NCBI GenBank assembly: GCA_043758305.1
Contig: JAYVNR010000098.1
Location: 1 to 46,946 of the forward strand
Length of the DNA stretch: 46,946 nucleotides
Direction: 5' to 3'
From: Pedobacter sp.
GTDB taxonomy: Bacteria; Bacteroidota; Bacteroidia; Sphingobacteriales; Sphingobacteriaceae
A program made the position numbers and the translations under genes. The notes below the pieces were generated by a model that saw only the letters and a program-made list of their open reading frames with translations, did not search any database and had not been told where the DNA came from. Shown in pieces: positions 1 through 8,909 of this stretch (positions are counted from its first letter, which is position 1; each line of letters begins with the position of its first letter).

Positions 1-204
1 GCAAGCTCGGGAAATGATGCAGTGCCTTATTTCAGGATTTTTAACCCATACCTCCAAACCCAGCGTTTTGATCTAAAATTACAATACATTAAAAGATGGG
101 TCCCAGAGTTCAGCGATCCATTTATATATCAAAAACCAATTGTTGAACATAACGCTGCCAGAGAAAGGGCATTGAAAGAATTTAAACTTGCTTTAAACCA
201 ATGA
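1..204 (+). CDS. Deoxyribodipyrimidine photolyase/cryptochrome family protein, C-terminal fragment (5' part outside window)
   Basis: Frame 1 is open from base 1 (ASSGNDAVPYFRIFNPYLQTQRFD..YIKRWVPEF). This matches the conserved C-terminal FAD-binding motif of photolyases (..DAAPYFRIFNP..Q..FD....YIRRW.PEL). TGA at 202-204. Confidence 0.85.
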   Translation, partial: ASSGNDAVPYFRIFNPYLQTQRFDLKLQYIKRWVPEFSDPFIYQKPIVEHNAARERALKEFKLALNQ

Positions 205-212
205 GGGCTAAA

Positions 213-914
213 TTACCAGCCCATAAAAACCATCCCTGATCCGCATATCAGCAGTGTTAACCCACCGAGAGCATGCATATAACGTTCAAGCTTTTCTGTT
301 TTTATAAAGGCAAGCCCGTAAAAGCCTATCAGCACCATCAATAACATGCTACAAAGGGTAAAAGCGGTATAAACACCAATTAGCACAAACATTCCATACC
401 ACGAATTTTTGGCGGCAGGAAAATACAAGAGTGGTATCATTGGCTCGCAGGGCCCTAAAAGAAAAATGATAAACATTACCCATGGCGTAACCTTATGCCT
501 GTCGCCTGGGCCAACCGCCTGCTCGTGCTTATGTTCGTAAACATACATAGAGCCATCATCGTACATATCAAAATGTTTATGTGGTGTATTGGTTTTGGCT
601 TTATAAAGCCCCCAAATACAGTAAAAAAATCCAAATAACAGCATTGCCCAGCCAGCAATGCCTCCTCTTACAGATTCAAGCCAGCTAACCTTAGAAAGCG
701 ACCAGCCTATTGCTGCACCGCCCAGCCCAAGCAGAACCGAGCTCCAAACATGCCCGATCCCACAGAAAATAGTCCATGAAATGGTTTTGCCTAAAGACCA
801 GCCCCGCGATTTGGACAAGGCAATAAATGGCAAATAATGATCTGGTCCGCTAATGGTGTGAAGGCAGGCAATAGCAATTGCTGTGATTATCAGAATTTGC
901 AGTTCAGATTGCAT
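213..914 (-). CDS. Putative nickel transporter membrane protein (HupE/UreJ- or UreH-like) with His-rich loop
   Basis: Last gene of the urease operon. Polytopic hydrophobic protein with an LHTISGPDH motif resembling the HP..G.DH signature of HupE/UreJ. His-rich loop KTNTPHKHFDMYDDGSMYVYEHKHEQAVGPGDRHK. Start chosen at MQSELQ (914), which overlaps the ureD stop (904-906). The longer ORF to 956 would run deep into ureD. Confidence 0.6.
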   Translation of the reverse strand: MQSELQILIITAIAIACLHTISGPDHYLPFIALSKSRGWSLGKTISWTIFCGIGHVWSSVLLGLGGAAIGWSLSKVSWLESVRGGIAGWAMLLFGFFYCIWGLYKAKTNTPHKHFDMYDDGSMYVYEHKHEQAVGPGDRHKVTPWVMFIIFLLGPCEPMIPLLYFPAAKNSWYGMFVLIGVYTAFTLCSMLLMVLIGFYGLAFIKTEKLERYMHALGGLTLLICGSGMVFMGW

Positions 915-1707
915 GTTCAGGTTTTTCTGCTGTAATTGGCGTAAGCATAGCAACATCTTTTAATAATTGATGCAACTGCTCGGCTTTATGCCCAAGCACC
1001 CGCAGAATGAAAGCATTATCGCTCAGTTTTGATAATCCCCAATTTATGCCAGCAAGCTTTTGTATATGTGAGATTACTGAAGCCATGTTTGCTTTAGCAG
1101 AATTGCCGCCAATACATATAAAACTTGCTTGGTGGCTGAAGCCTTCAAGCTGCCCCATTGCATTTACATCAACTCTATGCGGGCTTATCAGCAGGTTTTC
1201 TTTAATAAAAAGCCTGCCGTTAAGGAATATTTCAGTTAGGCTGTGGTATTTAGAAAAAAGAAATTCCTCTCCGTTCAGCTTGCGCCCGCAGGTAAGCACC
1301 TCGCCCCATTTGAGATTGCTGGTTTCAGTAAGATAAATTTTGGTTTTAGTAGCAAAGCTTGACTTTTTGTGCGGCACGCAAGGGTGTGGGATATAGCTAA
1401 AGGAGGCTCCGTTATGAATATTGATATCTATTTGCTGGCTTGCCCCCGATTCCATAGTGAAAAGCCTCTGGTATGACTGGGTTTTCAGTTCTAGCGAACA
1501 GCCATCTGCTACATTTATATTTATTAGATATTTATCGCCATCTAATATGCCGGGCGAAGAGCTCATGAGCATCAACTGCAAATTAGAGCTGCTTTTATCT
1601 TCGGTGATATTTGCCAGTTTAAAAGGTTGGCTGAAATAAGCATTTTTAAGGTATGTAGAACTACCCCGCAATGCAGTTTCTATATTGAGTTCCGAAATCA
1701 TCGCCAA
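904..1707 (-). CDS. ureD: Urease accessory protein UreD (UreH)
   Basis: 267 aa, sited between ureG and the Ni transporter with a 10-nt overlap with ureG. Size and operon context fit UreD. Confidence 0.8.
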   Translation of the reverse strand: MAMISELNIETALRGSSTYLKNAYFSQPFKLANITEDKSSSNLQLMLMSSSPGILDGDKYLININVADGCSLELKTQSYQRLFTMESGASQQIDINIHNGASFSYIPHPCVPHKKSSFATKTKIYLTETSNLKWGEVLTCGRKLNGEEFLFSKYHSLTEIFLNGRLFIKENLLISPHRVDVNAMGQLEGFSHQASFICIGGNSAKANMASVISHIQKLAGINWGLSKLSDNAFILRVLGHKAEQLHQLLKDVAMLTPITAEKPEHAI

Positions 1708-2336
1708 AGCTTTGGCTCTTCAATGGCTTCCATCAGAGCATACTTCTTTATCCAGCCGGAAACAGAATCCAGCCCGTCCAAGCTCATCAGGTTGGTAAAT
1801 ACAAAAGGCCTGCCTTTGCGCATAGCCCTAGATTCGCGTTCCATAACGCCTAAATCAGCATGAACGTAAGGTGCCAAATCTATTTTATTGATAACCAGCA
1901 AATCGCTGCGGGTAATACCGGGACCGCCTTTGCGGGGAATCTTATCGCCCTCGGCAACATCAATTACAAAGATGCTCAGGTCGGCGAGATCCGGGCTGAA
2001 AGTGGCAGAAAGGTTATCCCCGCCGCTCTCTATAAATATAAGCTGGATATCGGGGAAACGTGAAGCCATTTCATCAACAGCTTCCAGGTTCATGCTGGCG
2101 TCTTCGCGGATGGCGGTATGCGGGCAGCCACCGGTTTCAACCCCAATGATGCGCTCGGCTGGGAGCAAGCTGTTTTTGGTGAGGAATTCTGCGTCTTCTT
2201 TTGTGTAAATATCATTGGTAATCACACCAATGCTGTAATCATCGGCCATTAATCGCGATAGACGCTCGATTAAAGCTGTTTTGCCCGAGCCAACGGGCCC
2301 TGCAATCCCAATTTTTATGTAGGTTCTTTCAATCAT
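1698..2336 (-). CDS. ureG: Urease accessory GTPase UreG
   Basis: P-loop [23 protein letters not shown] Ni-binding CPH motif, ESGGDNL and NKIDL G-motifs. Confidence 0.95.
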   Translation of the reverse strand: MIERTYIKIGIAGPVGSGKTALIERLSRLMADDYSIGVITNDIYTKEDAEFLTKNSLLPAERIIGVETGGCPHTAIREDASMNLEAVDEMASRFPDIQLIFIESGGDNLSATFSPDLADLSIFVIDVAEGDKIPRKGGPGITRSDLLVINKIDLAPYVHADLGVMERESRAMRKGRPFVFTNLMSLDGLDSVSGWIKKYALMEAIEEPKLWR

Positions 2337-2578
2337 TAACTGAACAATTTTCTAATTACCTCATCTTTGCCGAGATTAAAATGTTGAGATATTCTGGCAG
2401 TAATTGAATTAAGCGTACCTATTTTTAAAGGGCTGTGGTTAGGGATAACTAAGTGGTGTTGACCTTTTTGGTTTGTAGTAAGCATAATATGGCTACCATT
2501 TTGCCTAACGGTTTCGTAACCAAATACTTTAAGATGTTTAACAAGGTTTTTGCCTGAGATATCTCTGGGGGTTTTCAT
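2336..2578 (-). CDS. hicA: HicA-family mRNA interferase toxin (YcfA-like)
   Basis: 80 aa. K.L...[13 protein letters not shown]......[18 protein letters not shown] matches the HicA pattern (GSH...PH...L..GTL..I). ATGA overlap with the upstream ORF and TAATG overlap with ureG. Confidence 0.8.
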   Translation of the reverse strand: MKTPRDISGKNLVKHLKVFGYETVRQNGSHIMLTTNQKGQHHLVIPNHSPLKIGTLNSITARISQHFNLGKDEVIRKLFS

Positions 2579-2784
2579 AAAGCTATAATCTCATCCTTCA
2601 CAAAGTGGAGGTGAGCAAATGAGGGAGAATTTTCATCGCTATCAAAATAAAGGCTTATGCCGCTCTTAATATTTTCCTTTAATTCATCTACTGTCTCGCC
2701 TTCTGCAAAAATACCTAAGTTGGCCGCCTCTGCGTGGTAGCCGCCTTCCTCGGCTTCGTGCACTAAAAAAGTTATTTCCGTCAT
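2575..2784 (-). CDS. hicB: HicB-like antitoxin (UPF0150 fold), short form
   Basis: MTEITFLVHEAEEGGYHAEAANLGIFAEGETVDELKENIKSGISLYF is typical of the HicB/UPF0150 N-terminal domain. Start taken at MTEITF (2784); the ORF-track start at 2823 adds 13 unconserved residues. Confidence 0.7.
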   Translation of the reverse strand: MTEITFLVHEAEEGGYHAEAANLGIFAEGETVDELKENIKSGISLYFDSDENSPSFAHLHFVKDEIIAL

Positions 2785-2845
2785 ATCTCTAAAGTAAGCA
2801 AAATTTTTAAAACAGGTTGGCACAAACAGAAGCGAATTTTGGCAC

Positions 2846-2878
2846 AGTCATCCGATGACTTCGAGTCATCGGATGACT
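2846..2878. repeat. Nested 33-nt near-perfect palindrome between the ureF stop and hicB
   Basis: agtcatccgatgact-tcg-agtcatcggatgact. Each 15-mer is self-complementary, and the two are reverse complements of each other. Confidence 0.85.
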
Positions 2879-2880
2879 CT

Positions 2881-3564
2881 CTAAGACATGTACAACCTTG
2901 AATATAACACTTCATGCTGCATGCTGCGGATATCAAAACCGCTGCAACAAATACCCAACATTTCTTTATCCGGATTTATAGATTTCTCTACCATTTCATG
3001 TATTAGGGGCTGCAATGAGAACAATATCTTTTGCCCTTCCACCTGACCTAACGGAACCAGTTTCACGCTGTTAGTTACCATTCCGGCAGCGGCATTGTAG
3101 CAGAAAGCGGCAAGTGCTTCGCGTTTTTTGATGTTTAGCGATTGTGCTATTATGCCAAAGGCGATGCAATAATTTCCTGGTAAGTTTTTTGCTTCTACAC
3201 CTGTTTTAAATGCATTCAATAGCTCGCTTTTATAAAATTCAGAAAACAGCTTTACTAAGCGAAATCCTAATTTGTGGCTTGCTTCACGTATTTCTCTGGG
3301 CAGTTTTACTGCCCGGCACTCATCATCAAGCATTTGCAGCAAACCAAAATCATTTGCTAATGCTGCATCGTACGATAGGGAAACAAAAGCCAGATCGGTG
3401 TGCAGGATATTTTTAGATAACATTTCTGAAACAAATGTTTCTGCAGTTTCGGCATTGTGCACAATGCCAAGCTGAACATAGGTTTCCAATCCTGCAGAAT
3501 GCGAGAATCCGCCAATGGGGAGAGCCGTATCGGCAAGCTGCAGCAGGCTTAAAAGTTGGTTCAT
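2881..3564 (-). CDS. ureF: Urease accessory protein UreF
   Basis: LLQLADTALPIGGFSHSAGLETYV N-terminal UreF signature; 4-nt overlap with ureE. Confidence 0.9.
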   Translation of the reverse strand: MNQLLSLLQLADTALPIGGFSHSAGLETYVQLGIVHNAETAETFVSEMLSKNILHTDLAFVSLSYDAALANDFGLLQMLDDECRAVKLPREIREASHKLGFRLVKLFSEFYKSELLNAFKTGVEAKNLPGNYCIAFGIIAQSLNIKKREALAAFCYNAAAGMVTNSVKLVPLGQVEGQKILFSLQPLIHEMVEKSINPDKEMLGICCSGFDIRSMQHEVLYSRLYMS

Positions 3565-4058
3565 GATGGATTTGTGAGTTGCATAATTTTAGAAAACAAA
3601 CTGGAGCCAGATCCATGGGGATGTACTGAAGTTCGCAATGGATTTAGCAATTTCCGTTCGCCTTGTTCAATCATGTGATAGGAAGCTTTTAACATCCGGA
3701 AAAGCGGGGCATCGAACGGCACCAGTATTTCTTCATCCTGGTAAAAAAGCGGCAAATGTTTATTTCCTATTTCATAACAAATAGAAGCCATTTCAAACAT
3801 ATTCTTGGGGCTTATGATGATAGCTGCACAAGAAATAATTTCAACAGCGATAATAGTATTATCGTCTTCAAAAAGGATATCGCCTTGCGTAAGATTTTGA
3901 TTCTCTTTCAGGAATTTCAGGGTTAGCTCCCTGCCCGATCGGGTGCGCTTGTGCAGGATGCGCTTATTAGTTTCGTACCATTCTAGTTCAAGCCAGTCGA
4001 TGGTTTTATTATGAGGTGGCGATGAAGTGAGATTTGAGGATTTTTGGGTAATGAGCAT
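3561..4058 (-). CDS. ureE: Urease accessory metallochaperone UreE
   Basis: 165 aa between ureC and ureF. CYEIGNKHLPLF matches the UreE GNRH-type core. No long His tail. Confidence 0.8.
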   Translation of the reverse strand: MLITQKSSNLTSSPPHNKTIDWLELEWYETNKRILHKRTRSGRELTLKFLKENQNLTQGDILFEDDNTIIAVEIISCAAIIISPKNMFEMASICYEIGNKHLPLFYQDEEILVPFDAPLFRMLKASYHMIEQGERKLLNPLRTSVHPHGSGSSLFSKIMQLTNPS

Positions 4059-4136
4059 TATATATTTAAACGATTTATGTCCGCTCTTGCGCTAAAATGG
4101 ATTTTATGCTTTATAAAACATATCAACCGCTATAAA

Positions 4137-5852
4137 TTAAAACAAAAAATACCGCTGCGCCATTGGCAATACAGAAACTGGCTGGCAGGTAATGTGCACG
4201 CCATCAACTTTTACTTCGTAGTTTTCCGGATTTACATCAATTTGCGGAGTGGCATCATTGTGTATCAAATCTTTCTTAGAAATGTTGCGACAGTTATTAA
4301 CGGGCAAAACAATTTTTTCCAGTCCGTAACTATGTACTTTATTATTCTCTAATGAAATTTTCGACACAAAGGTGATGCAGGTTTTGAACAATGCTTTGCC
4401 ATACGCACCGAACATGTGCCTGTACATTACGGGCTGAGGAGTGGGGATGGATGCGTTTGGGTCGCCCATTTTACTGGCTATTATCATTCCACCTTTGATG
4501 ATCATTTCGGGCTTAACCCCAAAAAAAGCCGGTTTCCATAAAACTATATCTGCAAATTTCCCCTCCTCGAGCGATCCCACATATTCTGAAATGCCATGTG
4601 AAATAGCAGGGTTGATGGTATATTTAGAAACGTAGCGTTTTACCCGAAAATTATCATTGTCTTTTCCTTCGTCCTCGGACAAAAAACCTCGTTGTTTCTT
4701 CATTTTATCGGCAGTTTGCCAGGTACGGATAATCACTTCTGCCACCCTGCCCATGGCTTGAGAATCTGAGCTCATCATGCTGAACACACCCATATCATGC
4801 AAAATATCTTCTGCTGCAATTGTTTCGGGGCGAATTCGAGAATCGGCGAAAGCCACATCCTCAGGCACTGATTTATCCAGATGGTGGCAAACCATCAGCA
4901 TATCCAAATGCTCATCAATGGTGTTAACGGTGTAAGGGCGGGTTGGATTAGTAGATGAGGGCAGAATATTGGGATACATTGCGGCTTTTATAATATCTGG
5001 CGCATGGCCCCCGCCCGCTCCTTCTGTGTGGAAGGTATGGATAACCCTGCCGTTAATAGCGTTTATTGTATCTTCCAGGAAGCCTGATTCATTCAAAGTA
5101 TCAGTATGGATGGCAACCTGAATATCGTATTTATCAGCTACCTTTAATGATGCATCTATCACGGCAGGCGTTGAGCCCCAGTCTTCGTGTATTTTTAAAC
5201 CTAGCGCACCGGCTTCTATCTGTTCTTCGAGAGGTGCAGTAGCAGCGCAATTGCCTTTGCCAAAAAAACCCAGGTTCATGGGAAATGCATCGGCAGACTG
5301 AAGCATTTTTTCGATGTTCCATGCGCCGGGGGTTACTGTAGTGGCGCTTGTACCATCGGCGGGACCGGTGCCTCCTCCGATCATGGTTGTAATGCCGCTG
5401 AAAAGGGCATGGTCAATTTGCTGCGGGCAAATAAAATGGATGTGCGTATCAATGCCTCCGGCTGTGGCAATGAGCCCAGCTCCCCCGTGCACTTCTGTAG
5501 ATGCGCCAATGATGAGATTTTCATCTACGCCATCCATTGTATCGGGGTTCCCGGCTTTTCCTATGCCCACAATTTTGCCGTCTTTAATACCAATATCTGC
5601 TTTTACAATTCCCCAATGGTCTATGATCATCACACTGGTTATCACAAAATCGAGCACATTTTCACTGCGGGTGCGGGTAGCGGATTGAGCCATGCCATCG
5701 CGTATGGTTTTGCCGCCACCGAATTTTGCTTCATCGCCATAAACTGTATGATCCTTTTCAATTTCAATAATAAGGTCCGTATCGGCAAGGCGAACCCTAT
5801 CGCCAACCGTTGGGCCGTACATATTAGCGTATTTTATGCGATTGATATTCAT
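4137..5852 (-). CDS. ureC: Urease alpha (catalytic) subunit
   Basis: 571 aa. [19 protein letters not shown] (carbamylated Lys), [28 protein letters not shown] and SSDSQAMGR motifs are all present. Confidence 0.97.
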   Translation of the reverse strand: MNINRIKYANMYGPTVGDRVRLADTDLIIEIEKDHTVYGDEAKFGGGKTIRDGMAQSATRTRSENVLDFVITSVMIIDHWGIVKADIGIKDGKIVGIGKAGNPDTMDGVDENLIIGASTEVHGGAGLIATAGGIDTHIHFICPQQIDHALFSGITTMIGGGTGPADGTSATTVTPGAWNIEKMLQSADAFPMNLGFFGKGNCAATAPLEEQIEAGALGLKIHEDWGSTPAVIDASLKVADKYDIQVAIHTDTLNESGFLEDTINAINGRVIHTFHTEGAGGGHAPDIIKAAMYPNILPSSTNPTRPYTVNTIDEHLDMLMVCHHLDKSVPEDVAFADSRIRPETIAAEDILHDMGVFSMMSSDSQAMGRVAEVIIRTWQTADKMKKQRGFLSEDEGKDNDNFRVKRYVSKYTINPAISHGISEYVGSLEEGKFADIVLWKPAFFGVKPEMIIKGGMIIASKMGDPNASIPTPQPVMYRHMFGAYGKALFKTCITFVSKISLENNKVHSYGLEKIVLPVNNCRNISKKDLIHNDATPQIDVNPENYEVKVDGVHITCQPVSVLPMAQRYFLF

Positions 5853-5869
5853 TTGATTTGTTTATTTAT

Positions 5870-6176
5870 TTAACCACAAAGGGCACAAAGCCCTCACAGA
5901 GATATACAAAGCATTACGTCTTGATCTGTGCGCTTTGTGACTTCCTCAGTGTTCTTTGTGGTTATTTTTCCTTTTAACCACTAAGGCCACAAAGTCCTCA
6001 CAGAGATATACAAAGCATTACGTCTTGATCTGTGCTCTTTGTGACTTCCTTAGTGTTCTTTGTGGTTATTTTTCCTTTTAACCACTAAGGCCACAAAGTC
6101 CTCACAGAGTGAATAAAAATAAATTTCTTTCTCTATCTGTGCTCTTTGCGTATTCCTCAGTGTTCTTTGTGGTGAA
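5870..6176. repeat. Three tandem copies of a 104-bp hairpin-forming unit (5870-5973, 5974-6077, 6078-about 6176) in the ureB-ureC spacer
   Basis: Copies 1 and 2 differ at 5 positions. Copy 3 shares both ends but has a replaced centre. Unit ends (aaccacNaagNNcacNaag / cttagtgttctttgtggtt) form a roughly 19-bp imperfect inverted repeat. The CACAAAG/CTTTGTG motif occurs about 4 times per unit. Confidence 0.9.
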
Positions 6177-6184
6177 TTTGCAGT

Positions 6185-6493
6185 TCAATCTAAGTCTCCA
6201 TTCACCTTGTTATTAAATCCAAAAACCCTCCTCTGACCTCCATAAGCTACTAATTCCACCTCTTTCTCTTCTCCCGGCTCAAATCGTACCGCTGTGCCTG
6301 CTGCAATATTCAAGCGCATCCCAAAAGCCTTTTTTCTATCGAATTCCATCTGTTTATTTACTTCAAAAAAATGATAATGAGATCCAATTTGCACTGGCCG
6401 ATCGCCCGTATTGACAACAACTATTGTTACAGTTTTTCTGCCTGCATTACATTCAATGGGTTCGCTTTTTAAAATATATTCGCCGGGTATCAT
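6185..6493 (-). CDS. ureB: Urease beta subunit
   Basis: MIPGEY......I..N.GR....[19 protein letters not shown] is the canonical UreB sequence. Confidence 0.95.
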   Translation of the reverse strand: MIPGEYILKSEPIECNAGRKTVTIVVVNTGDRPVQIGSHYHFFEVNKQMEFDRKKAFGMRLNIAAGTAVRFEPGEEKEVELVAYGGQRRVFGFNNKVNGDLD

Positions 6494-6792
6494 CGTATTG
6501 GGTTATGAACAGTTACAAGTTTCGTCCCATCGGGAAAAGTTGCTTCAATCTGTATTTCATGGATCATTTCAGGAATGCCTTCCATTACATCCTCGGGAGT
6601 TAAAATTGTAGCACCAAACTGCATAAGCTGTGCTACAGATTGGCCATCGCGGGCGGCTTCTTGTAATCGGCTGCTGATCAGTGCAATGGCTTCGGGATAA
6701 TTAAGTTTCAGGCCACGGGCTTTTCTTTTTTCGGCAAGCTCCCCGGCAAGGAAAAGCAATAATTTCTCAGATTCGCGAGGTGTTAAGTGCAT
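6490..6792 (-). CDS. ureA: Urease gamma subunit
   Basis: [29 protein letters not shown] is the canonical UreA sequence; ATGA overlap with ureB. Confidence 0.95.
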   Translation of the reverse strand: MHLTPRESEKLLLFLAGELAEKRKARGLKLNYPEAIALISSRLQEAARDGQSVAQLMQFGATILTPEDVMEGIPEMIHEIQIEATFPDGTKLVTVHNPIR

Positions 6793-6990
6793 AAGTAAGG
6801 GAATGGCCAGTGGTTAAAATATGAATTTTTATATAATTAAGCCAAACGTGCTAAAATAATTAACAAATCAATAAACCAAGCAAGTCATAATACATAGAAA
6901 ATGAGATGTATTTCACCAGTTTCTGCATTATTAGCAATACTCCTTATATAATCCTTAAGGAAATACCTTCTACAATTTAACTATAAATAT

Positions 6991-7018
6991 TATATTTGGA
7001 TAACTAACCCGGTTATCC
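6991..7018 (+). promoter_or_regulatory. Candidate Bacteroidota -7 box (TATATTTG, 6991-6998) overlapping a 7-bp dyad (ggataac-N7-gttatcc, 6998-7018) upstream of the peroxidase gene
   Basis: Perfect match to TAnnTTTG 38 nt before the ATG at 7036. No clear -33 TTG. The dyad is visible by eye. Confidence 0.35.
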
Positions 7019-7035
7019 GATCTGTTTATTGATCA

Positions 7036-8178
7036 ATGAAAAAACTTCTTGCCCTTTCGTTCATACTTTCATTTGTGGTGCTGGCATTTATCCGCATGGA
7101 TGCTGATGACACAGATTTTCCTACCGAAATAGGTGCTTTGCCTTTAAAGGGCCCAGTTAAGGCAGAAGATTCTTTAAAAGTTTCTCTTGGACGATTGCTT
7201 TTCTGGGATCCCATACTCTCAGGAAATAAAAAAGTAGCATGTGCCAGTTGCCATAGCCCCCAAAACGGGTATACAGATAATCTGGATCTTTCTATTGGAG
7301 TGGATGGTAAAGGAACGGGATTTAACAGATGGTTTGCAGAAGGCAGCAATGGCCATTTTGCAAAAAGGAATTCGCAAACTTTGTTAAATGTTATTTTTAA
7401 TGGGATTGATAAGACCGGCAATTACGATCCTGCAACAGCCCCTATGTTTTGGGACAGCCGTGCAAAAGGGCTGGAAATGCAAGCAATTGGCCCGCTAACA
7501 AACCACGAAGAAATGCGTGGCAACAGCTATGAAGAAAAGACAGCTTTAGACAGTATTGTTTATCGGTTAAATGGGATAAAAGAATATAAAAAACTATTCG
7601 AGAAAGCTTTTGGCAGGAAGAACCCTATAACTTCTGATAATATTACTAAAGCTTTAGCATTATTTGAAGGGACTTTGCTTGCTAATAATTCGCCTTTTGA
7701 TCAGTATATGAGGGGCGATAAAACTGCTATGACCAAAACACAGATTATTGGCATGAAAACCTTTGTTTCTAACGGTTGTGTGAAATGCCATAGCGGCCCA
7801 ATGTTATCTGATTATAAGCTGCATGTACTTGCAGTGCCAGACAATCCTAAGCTAGATTCGATAGACAAAGGAGCAAATCAAACCAATGCTTTCCGCACTG
7901 CATCTTTACGAAACCTGAAATTTACATGGCCATATTTTCATAATGGCTCATTTTATTACCTTGATCAAGCAGTAGCCTTTTACAGGACGATTTCTAATGG
8001 CTTAAGCACAAACCGCCGCATCCCGCAAAGGGAAATTGATATTGTTGCAAAAACTATTGCTTTAGCCGGGCCGGATGAAATTGTTGCATTTTTAGATGCC
8101 CTAAATGATGGCTCGTTTGATAAAACTGTACCTGCAAGCGTGCCAAGCAAGCTTCCAGTAGGTGGAAATATGAATTAA
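7036..8178 (+). CDS. Di-haem cytochrome c peroxidase / MauG family protein (secreted)
   Basis: Signal peptide. Two CxxCH haem sites (CASCHSP, CVKCHSG). PMFWD.RA and FRT.SLRN motifs are typical of the CCP/MauG family. Confidence 0.85.
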   Translation: MKKLLALSFILSFVVLAFIRMDADDTDFPTEIGALPLKGPVKAEDSLKVSLGRLLFWDPILSGNKKVACASCHSPQNGYTDNLDLSIGVDGKGTGFNRWFAEGSNGHFAKRNSQTLLNVIFNGIDKTGNYDPATAPMFWDSRAKGLEMQAIGPLTNHEEMRGNSYEEKTALDSIVYRLNGIKEYKKLFEKAFGRKNPITSDNITKALALFEGTLLANNSPFDQYMRGDKTAMTKTQIIGMKTFVSNGCVKCHSGPMLSDYKLHVLAVPDNPKLDSIDKGANQTNAFRTASLRNLKFTWPYFHNGSFYYLDQAVAFYRTISNGLSTNRRIPQREIDIVAKTIALAGPDEIVAFLDALNDGSFDKTVPASVPSKLPVGGNMN

Positions 8179-8180
8179 TC

Positions 8181-8209
8181 TTATTTTAAACTGAATTAGT
8201 TTAAAATAA
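8181..8209. terminator. AT-rich hairpin between the convergent peroxidase and purN genes
   Basis: ttattttaaac-tgaatta-gtttaaaataa, an 11-bp perfect stem. The stem is weak (A/T only). Confidence 0.35.
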
Positions 8210-8221
8210 TGCAGCTAAATC

Positions 8222-8824
8222 TTAACTGGATTTCATCTTTTTTAACAACTGCTCTAGCACGCGTGGATAATGCAAATGCTCTAATTGCTGGCCTTTAAAT
8301 TTGATCATTTCCAGATCATCTGTTTTTTCAATCCTGAACCGTGATTGCTGAATAATTTCTCCTTCATCAAAATGCTCATTTACAAAATGTATGGTAATGC
8401 CAGATTCTTCCTCGCCCTTCTCAATTACAGCCTTGTGCACACGGTCGCCATACATTCCCTTTCCTCCAAATTTTGGCAATAGCGCAGGGTGAATATTGAT
8501 GATTTTATTAGGAAATGCTTTTAAAAGATTCTCCGGAACAAGCCACATAAACCCGGCAAGCACTATTAAATCTACCTCTAGATTCTTTAATAAATTAATA
8601 ATTCCTGTGGAGTTGTAAAGTTCGTTGCGGTTAAAAATGTGGGTTGGTATTTCAAAATTATCTGCCCGCTGCAACACATATGCATCTGGATTGTTAGTCA
8701 TTACAATAGCAATTTCGGCATCACGGTGTTTTTTAAAATGCTCCATTATTTTTTGAGCATTTGATCCGGAACCTGAAGCAAAAATAGCAATGCGCTTTTT
8801 CAAGGTATTAATGTATTTTACCAA
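8222..8824 (-). CDS. purN: Phosphoribosylglycinamide formyltransferase
   Basis: IAIFASGSGSNAQ, VLAGFM, INIHPALLPKFGGKGMYG and GITIHFVNEHFDEGEII motifs. Confidence 0.9.
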   Translation of the reverse strand: MVKYINTLKKRIAIFASGSGSNAQKIMEHFKKHRDAEIAIVMTNNPDAYVLQRADNFEIPTHIFNRNELYNSTGIINLLKNLEVDLIVLAGFMWLVPENLLKAFPNKIINIHPALLPKFGGKGMYGDRVHKAVIEKGEEESGITIHFVNEHFDEGEIIQQSRFRIEKTDDLEMIKFKGQQLEHLHYPRVLEQLLKKMKSS

Positions 8825-8909
8825 AGATATTATTTTAACAGTATCTATAAACCCCTATAAAAAGAAAAACGAACCCTAATTTAACTTCCAAACAGTTTAT
8901 TAATTAATT

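Noticed and set aside
2785-2823. Longer hicB start and longer Ni-transporter start (915-956)
   Set aside because: The extensions add unconserved residues. For the transporter the extension would overlap ureD by 53 nt. The internal ATGs give family-typical N-termini.
5134-5873. Several ORFs of 62-154 aa overlapping ureC, most of them antisense
   Set aside because: They lie entirely inside a highly conserved urease alpha gene and have no motifs. They are typical shadow ORFs. The same applies to the other 60-140 aa track ORFs lying inside metH, der, era, ctp and wzc, and to the 131-aa ORF at 7026-7421 that overlaps the peroxidase gene 5' end.
5870-6176. Possible CRISPR array
   Set aside because: The units abut directly with no unique spacers. 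The 104-bp period is far too long. Only three copies are present and there are no cas genes in the window.
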